Shown here one piece after another: positions 55,783 through 64,000 of a stretch of DNA of 64,000 nucleotides. Both the position numbers and the translations under genes were made by a program. Below the pieces are notes generated by a model. That model had not been told where the DNA came from. It saw only the letters and a program-made list of their open reading frames with translations, and made no database searches. Source of the DNA: Caulobacteraceae bacterium (GTDB lineage Bacteria; Pseudomonadota; Alphaproteobacteria; Caulobacterales; Caulobacteraceae); the NCBI GenBank assembly GCA_044346445.1, contig JBIIZD010000002.1, positions 549 through 64,548 of the forward strand, given 5' to 3'. Each line of letters opens with the position of its first letter. Position 1 is the first letter of the stretch.

Positions 55783-57117
55783 ATGACGGACCAGGCTGTG
55801 AACGCGCCAAGCGCGGTCCAACCCAAGGTATCAGACGGCTATCGGCGCTATGCCATGACCGTGCTCTTGATCATTTATATCCTGAACTTTGTCGACCGCC
55901 AGGTGATCAATATCCTGGCCGAGCCGATCAAGAATGAGCTGGGCCTGATGGACTGGCAGCTTGGCATGCTGACGGGTCTGGCCTTTGCCGTCCTTTATAC
56001 CGTGCTGGGCCTGCCGATTGCGCGACTGGCCGAGCGGCGGCACAGGCCAGCCATTATCGCCACGTCTCTGGCGGTCTGGTCGGTGTTTACGGCCCTGTGT
56101 GGTCTTGCCCAAAACTTTTTCCAGCTCGTCTTGGCCCGGATTGGGGTCGGGGTGGGTGAGGCAGGCTGTACGCCAGCGGCCCATTCGCTAATTGCGGATT
56201 ATGTGCCGCGCGAGCAGCGGGCCTCGGCCATTGCCTTTTACTCCATGGGCACGCCGCTGGGCTCGCTGGTTGGCCTTGCCATTGGCGGCATGATTGCCGA
56301 TGCCTATGGCTGGCGGATGGCCTTTATTGTCTGCGGCCTGCCCGGCGTAATCTTTGCCCTGATTGCAGGCTTTACCCTGATCGAGCCGCGCCTAAAGCAG
56401 GTTGGCGTGGCCGCCGCGGCGCAGGGCGCGACCTATCGCGAAGTGCTGACAGAGCTGTTTCGCAAGCGCACCTTTTGGCATATTGCCGTGGGCACATCTG
56501 TGGTGGCCTTTATCGGCTATGGCCACGCGCCCTTCACCGCCTCGTTCTTTTTCCGCATCCATGCTGAGGAACTGGCGAGCCTTGCTGCACCCTTTGGCCT
56601 AAAGGCAGGCGGGTTTTTGGGCATAGCGCTTGGTCTAGGGACCGGTCTTGGCGGCGCGATTGGGGCCTTTATTGGCGGCCAATTGGCCGATCGCCTAGGC
56701 AAGCGTGATATTCGCTACTGGATGGCGGTGCCAACCCTTGGAATGCTGGCATCAATGCCGCTCTATGGCGCCATGCTGTGGGCACCGAATGTGACCTTAG
56801 CCCTTTGCCTCTTATCGCTATCCACCGTGTTCGCCTCGCTCTGGTATGGTCCCATCTATGCGACGGCCCAGAGCATTTCGCCAATCCGCACCCGTGCCAC
56901 AGCCTCGGCGGTCTTGCTGTTCATCATCAATCTGATTGGGCTAGGCCTTGGCCCGCTTCTGGTCGGGGTCTTGAGTGATTTTTGCGCCATTAGCCTTGGC
57001 ATGGGCAAGGGCGAGGGGGTGCGCTGGGCCCTATTGCTGTCTACCCTGCCCGGCGTCATAGCCTGCGCCGCCTTTTGGAGGGCCAGGGGCTTTATCAAGG
57101 GCGATATGGAAGACTGA
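55783..57117 (+). CDS. MFS transporter (paralog of 29114-30415)
   Basis: 444 aa and about 12 TM segments. Motifs NFVDRQV, LAERRHRP, ARIGVGVGEAGCTP. Confidence 0.85.
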   Translation: MTDQAVNAPSAVQPKVSDGYRRYAMTVLLIIYILNFVDRQVINILAEPIKNELGLMDWQLGMLTGLAFAVLYTVLGLPIARLAERRHRPAIIATSLAVWSVFTALCGLAQNFFQLVLARIGVGVGEAGCTPAAHSLIADYVPREQRASAIAFYSMGTPLGSLVGLAIGGMIADAYGWRMAFIVCGLPGVIFALIAGFTLIEPRLKQVGVAAAAQGATYREVLTELFRKRTFWHIAVGTSVVAFIGYGHAPFTASFFFRIHAEELASLAAPFGLKAGGFLGIALGLGTGLGGAIGAFIGGQLADRLGKRDIRYWMAVPTLGMLASMPLYGAMLWAPNVTLALCLLSLSTVFASLWYGPIYATAQSISPIRTRATASAVLLFIINLIGLGLGPLLVGVLSDFCAISLGMGKGEGVRWALLLSTLPGVIACAAFWRARGFIKGDMED

Positions 57118-57122
57118 AGAGA

Positions 57123-57150
57123 CGGGTGGCTGAGCGCGCGCCCAGCCACC
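57123..57150. terminator. GC-rich hairpin between convergent genes (no U tract)
   Basis: gggtggctg-agcgcgcgcc-cagccaccc: a perfect 9-bp stem. Confidence 0.35.
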
Positions 57151-57159
57151 CAATCATCC

Positions 57160-58176
57160 CTAGCCCATCGGATACATGATCTCTTTTGAGACCGCATTGA
57201 TTGCCTTCATCACCTCATCGCTCAGCACCAGATCAGCGGCGGCGAAGATCTCGGCCAATTGGTCGGTATGGGTTACGCCGACAATGGTCGAGGCGACAAA
57301 GTCGTGCTGCTTGCTCCAGGCCGTGGCAAGCGTAACCAGCGACATGCCAGCCTCAGCCGCAATCGCGCCAAACCGCTCGGTCGCGGCCAGGGACTTTTCA
57401 TTGATAAAGCGTTTGGCCATAGCCCCTTGTCGGCCACCCATTTTCAGATAGCCGGAGAAGCGTGCGCCTTCTGGCGTCGCACCGCCATTATACTTGCCCG
57501 ACAGGACCCCGCCAGCGAGCGGGGAATAGGGGATCAGGCTAACGCCCTCTTGGCGGCAGACCTGGGCCAGCTCGTCCTCGAACCGGCGGCTATTGAGGCT
57601 GAAATTGTTCTGGATGGTTTCGTAGCGGGCAAGTCCCTCGCGCTCGGACACCGACAGGCTCTTCATCAGGCCCCAGCTGGTCTCATTGCTACAGCCAATA
57701 ATCCGCACCTTGCCCGATTCCACCAGATCATCGAGGGCGCGCAGGGCGTCTTCATAGCGTGCGCCATGATCGGGCCAATGGGTCTGATAAAGGTCGATAT
57801 AGTCGGTGCCCATGCGGGTTAGGCTGTCCTCGACCGCGCGGACAATATTGTGACGGTCCAGAGCGGTCATGCCCGCGCGCTGGCTGCCCTTGATCCAGCC
57901 ATGGCTGGGGCCGCAAACCTTGGTGGCAATGATCAGCTCATCGCGCCGCTTGGTCTTCATCCAGCGCCCGACAATTTCCTCGGTCCGCCCGGCCCATTCT
58001 TCCTTGGGCGGCACGGGATAGTTTTCCGCCGTGTCATAGAAATTGATCCCGGCCTCGAGCGACATGTCTAGAATGCGGTGCGACATCTTTTCATCGGCCT
58101 GGGAGCCAAAGGTCATGGTGCCCATGCAAATGTCGGAAACAACAATCGGGCTGCGGCCCAGGCGTTTGGTCGTCAT
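57160..58176 (-). CDS. aldo/keto reductase
   Basis: 338 aa. Motifs GTMTFG, NFYDTAENY, DLYQTHWPD. Confidence 0.88.
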   Translation of the reverse strand: MTTKRLGRSPIVVSDICMGTMTFGSQADEKMSHRILDMSLEAGINFYDTAENYPVPPKEEWAGRTEEIVGRWMKTKRRDELIIATKVCGPSHGWIKGSQRAGMTALDRHNIVRAVEDSLTRMGTDYIDLYQTHWPDHGARYEDALRALDDLVESGKVRIIGCSNETSWGLMKSLSVSEREGLARYETIQNNFSLNSRRFEDELAQVCRQEGVSLIPYSPLAGGVLSGKYNGGATPEGARFSGYLKMGGRQGAMAKRFINEKSLAATERFGAIAAEAGMSLVTLATAWSKQHDFVASTIVGVTHTDQLAEIFAAADLVLSDEVMKAINAVSKEIMYPMG

Positions 58177-58263
58177 AATCTCTGTCCTTTGCTCTGCCAG
58201 ATCGGTGTCTGGTCATGCGTCCGGCCTAGGTTAAGGCGCGCGGTCCATGCTCGGCAAGCCTTG

Positions 58264-58704
58264 TTAAGCGCCTTTGACAAGGTGGGTTTCTAGAACCGCG
58301 CGCAGCTTGTCCGAAATCGGGGTGCTGCCTTTTTCCGTGGCCTGAACAAATGTGGTGTCACAAATACCCACGCAAACCCCGTTCTGGAACAGGCCCTGGG
58401 CGATCTGGAACGAGGCGGTGCCAATGCGCAAGATCGCATTGCCAATATGAATCTGGTCGGGGTGAAACACCTCGCCCAAAAATCGGACATAGGTGTCTGC
58501 CGTGACAATGCGCACCCGCTCCAGCGCGTTTTCTGGCCTGAAAATATACTGCATGAAGCGCGAACGTGCCTCGTCATAATTGCCAGCGACGGCGATATTA
58601 TTGACATGGCCCAGACTGTCCTCGTCGCGATAGCGGGTCTGGATCTCAAAGGCGTGGCTATAGGCGGCGGCGTCAAGACGCCAGGCAGGAGGTTTCATTG
58701 GCAC
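58264..58704 (-). CDS. acyl-CoA thioesterase, 4HBT/hotdog fold
   Basis: 146 aa. The YRDEDSLGHVNN motif is typical of YbgC/4HBT thioesterases. Confidence 0.7.
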   Translation of the reverse strand: MPMKPPAWRLDAAAYSHAFEIQTRYRDEDSLGHVNNIAVAGNYDEARSRFMQYIFRPENALERVRIVTADTYVRFLGEVFHPDQIHIGNAILRIGTASFQIAQGLFQNGVCVGICDTTFVQATEKGSTPISDKLRAVLETHLVKGA

Positions 58705-58789
58705 TCATCAAGGCTTTGTATAGGTTGGCTTGGACCTATAAGGGTAAGACTTCGGTTTTGCGCCCCTAAAAATTTCTGGAGTAATTGTC

Positions 58790-59869
58790 TTGTCCAATAC
58801 TGACCTGTTCGCCCCCCTGACCTTTAAGCGCGGCCCGGCCATGAAGAACCGCTTCATGCTGGCGCCGCTGACCAATCAGCAAAGCCATGTCGATGGGCGT
58901 TTGTCGGATGAGGAGTTTCATTGGCTGACCTTGCGGGCCAAGGGCGGGTTTGGCCTGACCATGACCTGCGCCGCGCATGTCCAGGCCATTGGCCAGGGCT
59001 TTGCCGGTCAGTTGGGGATTTTTTCGGACATCCATCTCGAAGGCCTGACCCGTCTGGCCAGCGCCATAAAGGCTGAAGACAGTTTGGCAGTGGTGCAATT
59101 GCATCATGCCGGTATGCGCTCGCCCAAGGACCTAATCGGCGAGGCCCCGGTCTGCCCGTCAGACAATGCTGAGTTTTCGGCCCGTGCCCTAACCACAGCC
59201 GAGGTCGAGCAATTGATCGAGGACTTTATTGCGGCGGCTGAGCGGGCGCAAAAGGCAGGCTTTGACGGGGTCGAGCTACATGGCGCACACGGCTATATTC
59301 TTTGCCAATTCCTCAGCGGTGAGATCAATCAACGCTCCGACCGGTTTGGCGGCTCACTGACAAACCGCGCTCGCGTGATTATGGAGATTATTGTCGGCAT
59401 TCGCGCCCGTTGCCGCGCCGACTTTAATCTGGGCCTGCGTCTGTCGCCCGAGCGGTTTGGCTTGCAATTGGCCGAGATACTAGAGCTGACCCAGGCCCTG
59501 ATGACGGCGGGTGATCTGGACTATATCGACCTGTCGCTTTGGGATGTGAACAAGCTGCCAGAAGAAGAGGCGTTTAAGGACCGCAGCCTGATGGCCTGGT
59601 TTATGGGTCTGGATCGCGGCCATGTGCGGGTTGGGGTGGCTGGCAAGGTCTTATCGGCCCAGAGCGCCCGCGATTGCCTAGACAAGGGCGCAGACTTCGT
59701 CCTGATCGGCCGCGGCGCGGTCCTGCACCATGACTATCCACTTCAGATCAAGGCCAATCCAGACTTTACGCCAATCGCCCTGCCGGTGACCGAGGCGCAT
59801 CTGTTGAACGAAGGCCTTAGCCCCGCCTTCGTCACCTATATGCGCAATTGGAAGGGGTTTGTGGCCTAG
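58790..59869 (+). CDS. NADH:flavin oxidoreductase, Old Yellow Enzyme family
   Basis: 359 aa. Motifs LAPLTN, VQLHHAG, GFDGVELHGAHGYILCQFLS. TTG start with GGAG 8 nt upstream. Confidence 0.88.
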   Translation: MSNTDLFAPLTFKRGPAMKNRFMLAPLTNQQSHVDGRLSDEEFHWLTLRAKGGFGLTMTCAAHVQAIGQGFAGQLGIFSDIHLEGLTRLASAIKAEDSLAVVQLHHAGMRSPKDLIGEAPVCPSDNAEFSARALTTAEVEQLIEDFIAAAERAQKAGFDGVELHGAHGYILCQFLSGEINQRSDRFGGSLTNRARVIMEIIVGIRARCRADFNLGLRLSPERFGLQLAEILELTQALMTAGDLDYIDLSLWDVNKLPEEEAFKDRSLMAWFMGLDRGHVRVGVAGKVLSAQSARDCLDKGADFVLIGRGAVLHHDYPLQIKANPDFTPIALPVTEAHLLNEGLSPAFVTYMRNWKGFVA

Positions 59870-59881
59870 GTTCAACCCGCC

Positions 59882-60378
59882 CACCCCTCCGTTTTCCCCG
59901 CGAAGGCGGGGACCCAGACCGTTTCGCACAGCCTGTGATCCACACACTGGATCCCCGCCTACGCGGGGAAGGAGGGGGAGGGAGTGGGACATTCTGGTGC
60001 TTCGATTGGCTCAGGACAGCAAGGCGCGAACCTCTCACCCCTTCCGTTTTCCCCGCGAAGGCGGGGACCCAGACCGTTTCGCACAGCCTGTGATCCACAC
60101 GCTGGATACCCGCCTGCGCGGGGAAGGCGGAGGGGGAGTGGGACATTCTGGTGCTTCGATTGGCTCAGGATAGCAAGGCGCGAACCTCCCGCCCCTCCGT
60201 TTTCCCCGCGAAGGCGGGGACCCAGACCGTTTCGCACAGCCTGTGATCCATCATCTGGATCCCCGCCTGCACGGGGAAAGAGGGGGAGGGGGCAGGTTGG
60301 TATGCCGGTGCTTCGACAGGCGCTGCATGGGAACTAAGCAGCCCCCGCCCCTTCCGCCTGCGCGGCGAAGGCGGGGGC
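59882..60378. repeat. tandem array of three ~154-bp palindromic REP/MITE-like units plus a terminal GC hairpin
   Basis: Units span 59882-60035, 60036-60189 and 60190-~60340 (the third has a diverged 3' part). Each contains ccccgcgaaggcgggg and its near-inverse ccccgcct(a/g)cgcgggg as the cores of ~35-nt inverted arms. A terminal hairpin lies at 60341-60378. Confidence 0.9.
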
Positions 60379-60514
60379 CTCTCACATTCAATTAACCGGC
60401 AATCCCTGAATCTGGGTTGAGCTCAGGCTTGGGTCCGCAAACTTTTTGCCACACGCCAATTGTCCGGACCAGCAATTGCCCTATACTAAATGTCCGGACT
60501 TTTGAGGGCTTGCC

Positions 60515-62215
60515 ATGAATATCGCCGCGACCATTATCGCTGACCACGCCACCCTAATCCTGCCCGATCTGCGTACGCATCTGCGCAGTGCGGCTGTGTC
60601 GGCGGAAGGCTTTGTCGCCCAGGCGCGCCTGACGATCAGGGCGCTGGTCTGCACGGATGGCAAGCTCGATCGCAAGGCCTTGGACCGCGAGCAGCATGCG
60701 GTGCACGGGTTTGGCTGGTATGCCACCTATGCCGAACTGTTTCGAGAGGTTGCCAATTGGGCCGATAATCTGGACGCCGAAGGCAGGTTTGGCGAGGTTG
60801 AGTCCCTGCTGGCCCAGCTCCTGATCAGCGAATATGCCGCGCAAATGCTTGGCGGCATTTCGATGAATCAGGGCGAGGTGATCCGCCCGGCCCAGATGGG
60901 CATGGACCAGGCCCAGATCGACGGCCTGCGCACACCCTCCATCTCGGCCCTGCTGAGCTTTGGCGGCACACAGGCGGTCAAGACCCGGCTTGCCACGCTT
61001 TTAGCTCAAGCCAAGGGTCGGCCAACGCTAGAGGCCACGGGTCTGGACGAGACGTTCGAAATGATCCGCGATCAGTTTCATTCACTTGCCGAGGCCAAGG
61101 TCACGCCCTTTGCCCATCAATGGCACTTAAAGGACCAGCTCATTCCAATCGAACTGATCAAGGAACTGGGCGATCTGGGTGTGTTTGGCCTGACGGTTCC
61201 AGAGGAATACGGCGGCTCGGGCATGGGCAAGATGGCCATGTGCGTCGTCTCTGAAGAGCTTAGCCGCGCCTATATTGGCGTGGGCTCGCTGGCCACCCGC
61301 TCCGAAATCGCGGCCGAGCTGATCTTGACCGGCGGCACTGAGGCGCAAAAGCAATATTGGCTGCCCAAGATCGCTTCGGCTGAAATCTTGCCGACCGCTG
61401 TGTTTACCGAGCCCAATACCGGCTCTGATCTGGGGGCCCTGCGCACCCGGGCTGTGCGTGACGGCGATGATTATGTCGTGACGGGCAACAAGACCTGGAT
61501 CACCCATGCGGCCCGGGCCGATGTCATGACCATGATGGTGCGCACCGATCCCAACACCACCGATTATCGCGGCCTGTCCATGTTCTTGGCGCCCAAGCTG
61601 CGCGGCAATGACCAGTCTGATTTCCCTACGCCCGGCATGAGTGGCGGTGAGATCGAGGTCTTGGGCTATCGCGGTATGAAGGAGTACGAGCTGGCCTTTG
61701 ACGGGTTCAAGGTGCCAGCCGAAAACCTGCTTGGCGGGGTCGAGGGGCAGGGCTTTAAGCAGCTGATGGCTACTTTTGAGAGCGCCCGCATCCAGACCGC
61801 AGCCCGCGCCGTTGGCGTGGCGCAAAATGCCATGGAGATCGGCCTTAGCTATGCCCTGGACCGCAAGCAATTTGGTCAGGCGATTTTTGAGTTTCCCCGC
61901 GTGCACAACAAGCTGGCCATGATGGCCGCCGAGATTATGGGCGTGCGGCAACTGACCTATTATGCCGCCCGGGCCAAGGATAATGACAAGCGCTGTGACC
62001 TAGAGGCCGGCATGGCCAAGCTCTTGGCCGCGCGGGTCGCCTGGATGAGCGCCGATAATGCCTTGCAGATTCACGGCGGTAACGGCTTTGCGCTGGAATA
62101 TGCCATTAGCCGCGTGCTGCAAGACGCCCGCATCTTGAACATATTCGAGGGCGCTGGCGAAATCCAGGCCCAGGTCATTGCCCGGCGCTTGCTCGAAGAC
62201 GGTCCAAACGCCTAG
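60515..62215 (+). CDS. acyl-CoA dehydrogenase family protein (long N-terminal extension)
   Basis: 566 aa. The ACAD core carries FTEPNTGSDL, KTWITHA, and C-terminal IFEGAGEIQ. Confidence 0.88.
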   Translation: MNIAATIIADHATLILPDLRTHLRSAAVSAEGFVAQARLTIRALVCTDGKLDRKALDREQHAVHGFGWYATYAELFREVANWADNLDAEGRFGEVESLLAQLLISEYAAQMLGGISMNQGEVIRPAQMGMDQAQIDGLRTPSISALLSFGGTQAVKTRLATLLAQAKGRPTLEATGLDETFEMIRDQFHSLAEAKVTPFAHQWHLKDQLIPIELIKELGDLGVFGLTVPEEYGGSGMGKMAMCVVSEELSRAYIGVGSLATRSEIAAELILTGGTEAQKQYWLPKIASAEILPTAVFTEPNTGSDLGALRTRAVRDGDDYVVTGNKTWITHAARADVMTMMVRTDPNTTDYRGLSMFLAPKLRGNDQSDFPTPGMSGGEIEVLGYRGMKEYELAFDGFKVPAENLLGGVEGQGFKQLMATFESARIQTAARAVGVAQNAMEIGLSYALDRKQFGQAIFEFPRVHNKLAMMAAEIMGVRQLTYYAARAKDNDKRCDLEAGMAKLLAARVAWMSADNALQIHGGNGFALEYAISRVLQDARILNIFEGAGEIQAQVIARRLLEDGPNA

Positions 62216-62856
62216 GGCTGCCAGCCCTCGGCCAGGGTCTTGAGGGTTTGGGTCATGTCGGCCTCGATGCTGGCGCGGTCCTGACCGGTCTGAATGGCGG
62301 CCTGTAGGCTGGCGACAAACAGGGTGGCGATTTGTCGGCTGGTCTGGGCCGTATCGAGGCTCTTGCGGATCGTGTCGGCCAGCTTGCCTTGTTCCAGCCG
62401 TCGGGCGATCTGGGCAAGGATCGGCGCGAAAGCCTTTTCACGCTCCAGATAGAGGCCAGGTTGGCTTGTCCAGTCCGTGCTGAACAAGGCCTGGGCAAAC
62501 GGTAATTGCGGCCAGAAAAATGCACAGGTTGTGTCCATCAAGGCCATTAGGTCGCTGAGAACATCCAGGCCAGATTGTGGGGTCTTGGCAAAGGCTTCGG
62601 CCAGCAGTTCGTACTCCGCCATAACAATTGCATTAAACAGGTCGGCCTTGTTCTCGAAATTGGCAAATAGGGCGCCGGTGGACAGGCCAGCCTGGGTAGC
62701 AATCGCGCGCAGATTGGCACCGTCAAACCCATGGCTCATAAACATGGCCTTGGCCGCCTGAAGTATTTTTTCGCGAGTCCTGGCCTTGCCAATCGATCGT
62801 TTTGACGGCGCAGGCGCGGCATTCAAATGCGTCACGGGCATACTTTCTGTCTCCAT
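62212..62856 (-). CDS. TetR family transcriptional regulator
   Basis: HTH REKILQAAKAMFMSHGFDGANLRAIATQAGLSTGALFANFENK. The stop overlaps the ACAD stop region (convergent, 4-nt overlap). Confidence 0.85.
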   Translation of the reverse strand: METESMPVTHLNAAPAPSKRSIGKARTREKILQAAKAMFMSHGFDGANLRAIATQAGLSTGALFANFENKADLFNAIVMAEYELLAEAFAKTPQSGLDVLSDLMALMDTTCAFFWPQLPFAQALFSTDWTSQPGLYLEREKAFAPILAQIARRLEQGKLADTIRKSLDTAQTSRQIATLFVASLQAAIQTGQDRASIEADMTQTLKTLAEGWQP

Positions 62857-63075
62857 GGCGGCTTTGCCAAGGGGCGAGAGAGGGGGCGACTATATAAGAT
62901 AATTAACGCTATCATACATTTTTAAGAGATTTGCACCTCCTATTGCGGGCTATTTTTGTAAGATTTACAGAGACTAAGCCTTGTTAGTGAGCCGGCTTTC
63001 AAGCGAGTGCATTTTTTAGGCCGGACGCCAGCCTGCCATATGGTCGCCGGTGCGGTTCTGCCCTATGTTTATGGA

Positions 63076-63285
63076 ATGCATAATTTGTTCAATATCCTGA
63101 TCCCCGCCGTTTTGCTTGCTGTGCTCGCCACATTGGGTGTGGGAATCTATGCCCTGTTCCGGGGCGGAGATTTTGGCCGGTCCTATTCCAACAAGCTGAT
63201 GCGCCTGCGCGTCCTGCTGCAATTCATTGCGGTCTTGGTGCTTTGCGCTGGTATGTGGGCCAAGAGCCATTTCCACGGATGGTAA
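63076..63285 (+). CDS. twin-transmembrane-helix small protein (HIG1-like)
   Basis: 69 aa from MHNLFNILIPAVLLAV.., with two hydrophobic helices and an ..LMRLRV.. linker. The upstream 23 codons in the ORF track are not needed. Confidence 0.6.
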   Translation: MHNLFNILIPAVLLAVLATLGVGIYALFRGGDFGRSYSNKLMRLRVLLQFIAVLVLCAGMWAKSHFHGW

Positions 63286-63857
63286 CGCTCAACCGAATCT
63301 ATACGCGGACGGGCGATGGCGGGCTGACGCGCCTTGCCAATGGCGAGGAGGTGGCCAAGTTCGATCCTCGGGTCGAGGCCTATGGCGCTGTGGATGAGAC
63401 CAATGCCTGTCTGGGACTGGTGCGTCAGCACACCGTATCAGAGCCCTTGCTCGATGCTATGTTCGAGCGGATACAGAATGATCTTTTTGATCTGGGTGCA
63501 GATTTGGCGACGCCAGAGCGCGGTGCCCCCCTCGGCTGGACGCCCTTGCGCATAACCCAAGGCCAGGTTGACCGGCTCGAACAGGAACTGGACGGACTGA
63601 ATGACGCGCTAGAGCCCTTGACCTCATTTGTCCTGCCCGCAGGCAGTGCGGCGTCTGCGGCCCTGCATCTGGCCCGGACCGTGTGTCGGCGGGCCGAGCG
63701 GGCGACCGTGTTCTTGGCTCAGATTGACGGTGAGACCGTGTCAGAGCCTGCGGTCAAGTATCTAAACCGCCTGTCAGACCTGTTATTTGTCGCCGCGCGC
63801 TGGACCAATGATCGCGGCCGGGCCGATGTCTTATGGACGCCGGGCGCGAACCGCTAG
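63279..63857 (+). CDS. ATP:cob(I)alamin adenosyltransferase, PduO type
   Basis: MVTLNRIYTRTGDGGLT..DPRVEAYG.VDE.N and ..LFDLGADLATP.. motifs. The ATG overlaps the upstream stop (ATGGTAA). Confidence 0.88.
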   Translation: MVTLNRIYTRTGDGGLTRLANGEEVAKFDPRVEAYGAVDETNACLGLVRQHTVSEPLLDAMFERIQNDLFDLGADLATPERGAPLGWTPLRITQGQVDRLEQELDGLNDALEPLTSFVLPAGSAASAALHLARTVCRRAERATVFLAQIDGETVSEPAVKYLNRLSDLLFVAARWTNDRGRADVLWTPGANR

Positions 63858-64000
63858 GGCTTGGGCGTGGCTGAGCTGGGTTGTTCGGATGCGGGTTTGG
63901 CTTTGTTTGGCCGCCCCGTCAGGGCCGATAGCTTGACCGGGACAGCGCAGATACGGGTTTGCGGGTCCCACCAGTTCTGGTTGGCCTCGCACGCATCACG
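63854..64000 (-). CDS. 3' end of an unidentified ORF running off the window edge
   Basis: The minus-strand frame is open from 64000 to a TAG at 63856-63854 (..RDACEANQNWWDPQTRICAVPVKLSALTGRPNKAKPASEQPSSATPKP*). Only 48 codons are visible. Confidence 0.3.
   Translation of the reverse strand, partial: RDACEANQNWWDPQTRICAVPVKLSALTGRPNKAKPASEQPSSATPKP

Noticed and set aside
59882-60378. Possible CRISPR array, given regularly spaced GC-rich palindromes
   Set aside because: The segments between the palindromes are themselves repeated almost identically from unit to unit, so there are no unique spacers. The period is 154 bp, far longer than a repeat-spacer unit. No cas genes are present in the window.
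63007-63075. Longer 92-aa version of the small twin-TM protein
   Set aside because: The first 23 codons (MHFLGRTPACHMVAGAVLPYVYG) are not hydrophobic-helix-like. The internal ATG at 63076 yields a ~69-aa two-helix protein, the size expected for this kind of two-helix small protein.

Overview
A 64 kb chromosomal segment from a high-GC (by eye about 60%) Gram-negative bacterium. The secA / parvulin PPIase / argJ / mutT synteny, the HfaA/HfaB-like genes and the 'PAFAG'-type palindromic repeats suggest an alphaproteobacterium of Caulobacterales or Sphingomonadales type; this is inference only. Most of the window is ordinary housekeeping and accessory catabolic genes. These include two acyl-CoA ligases, two aldehyde dehydrogenases, two related MFS transporters, two TetR regulators, a LysR regulator, a TonB-dependent receptor, a GMC oxidoreductase, an enolase-superfamily enzyme, crotonase, ACAD, OYE, AKR, esterases, a VapBC pair and a three-gene type I secretion operon. 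Three regions stand out. (1) 7.44-9.87 kb is an AT-rich (about 40% GC) island between mutT and an acyl-CoA ligase gene. It carries a 590-aa retron-type reverse transcriptase fused to a C-terminal Toprim domain, a well-formed candidate msr/msd ncRNA just upstream of it (perfect 13-bp a1/a2 repeats), an IS3-family transposase remnant, and about 33-bp imperfect inverted repeats bracketing the cassette. This is the best candidate for a defence system in the window. (2) 13.9-22.6 kb holds a curli/holdfast-like export module: a curlin/HfaA-like repeat protein, a CsgG/HfaB-like lipoprotein with an extra OmpA-C-like tail, and a peptidoglycan-binding protein. It is followed by a 1,827-aa Cys/Trp-free Thr/Ser/Ala/Asn repeat protein, and the combination may be an uncharacterised surface-fibre or adhesin system. 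(3) 59.9-60.4 kb is a tandem array of three 154-bp palindromic REP/MITE-like units, with an inverted singleton at 54.5 kb. Smaller items are two gene remnants, an in-frame hexanucleotide SSR at a start codon, shared AT-rich boxes, a perfect 16-bp tandem duplication and an orphan terminator. All calls rest on reading the sequence and ORF translations and on remembered family motifs. No database search, alignment statistic or structure prediction was run, and GC values are rough hand estimates.
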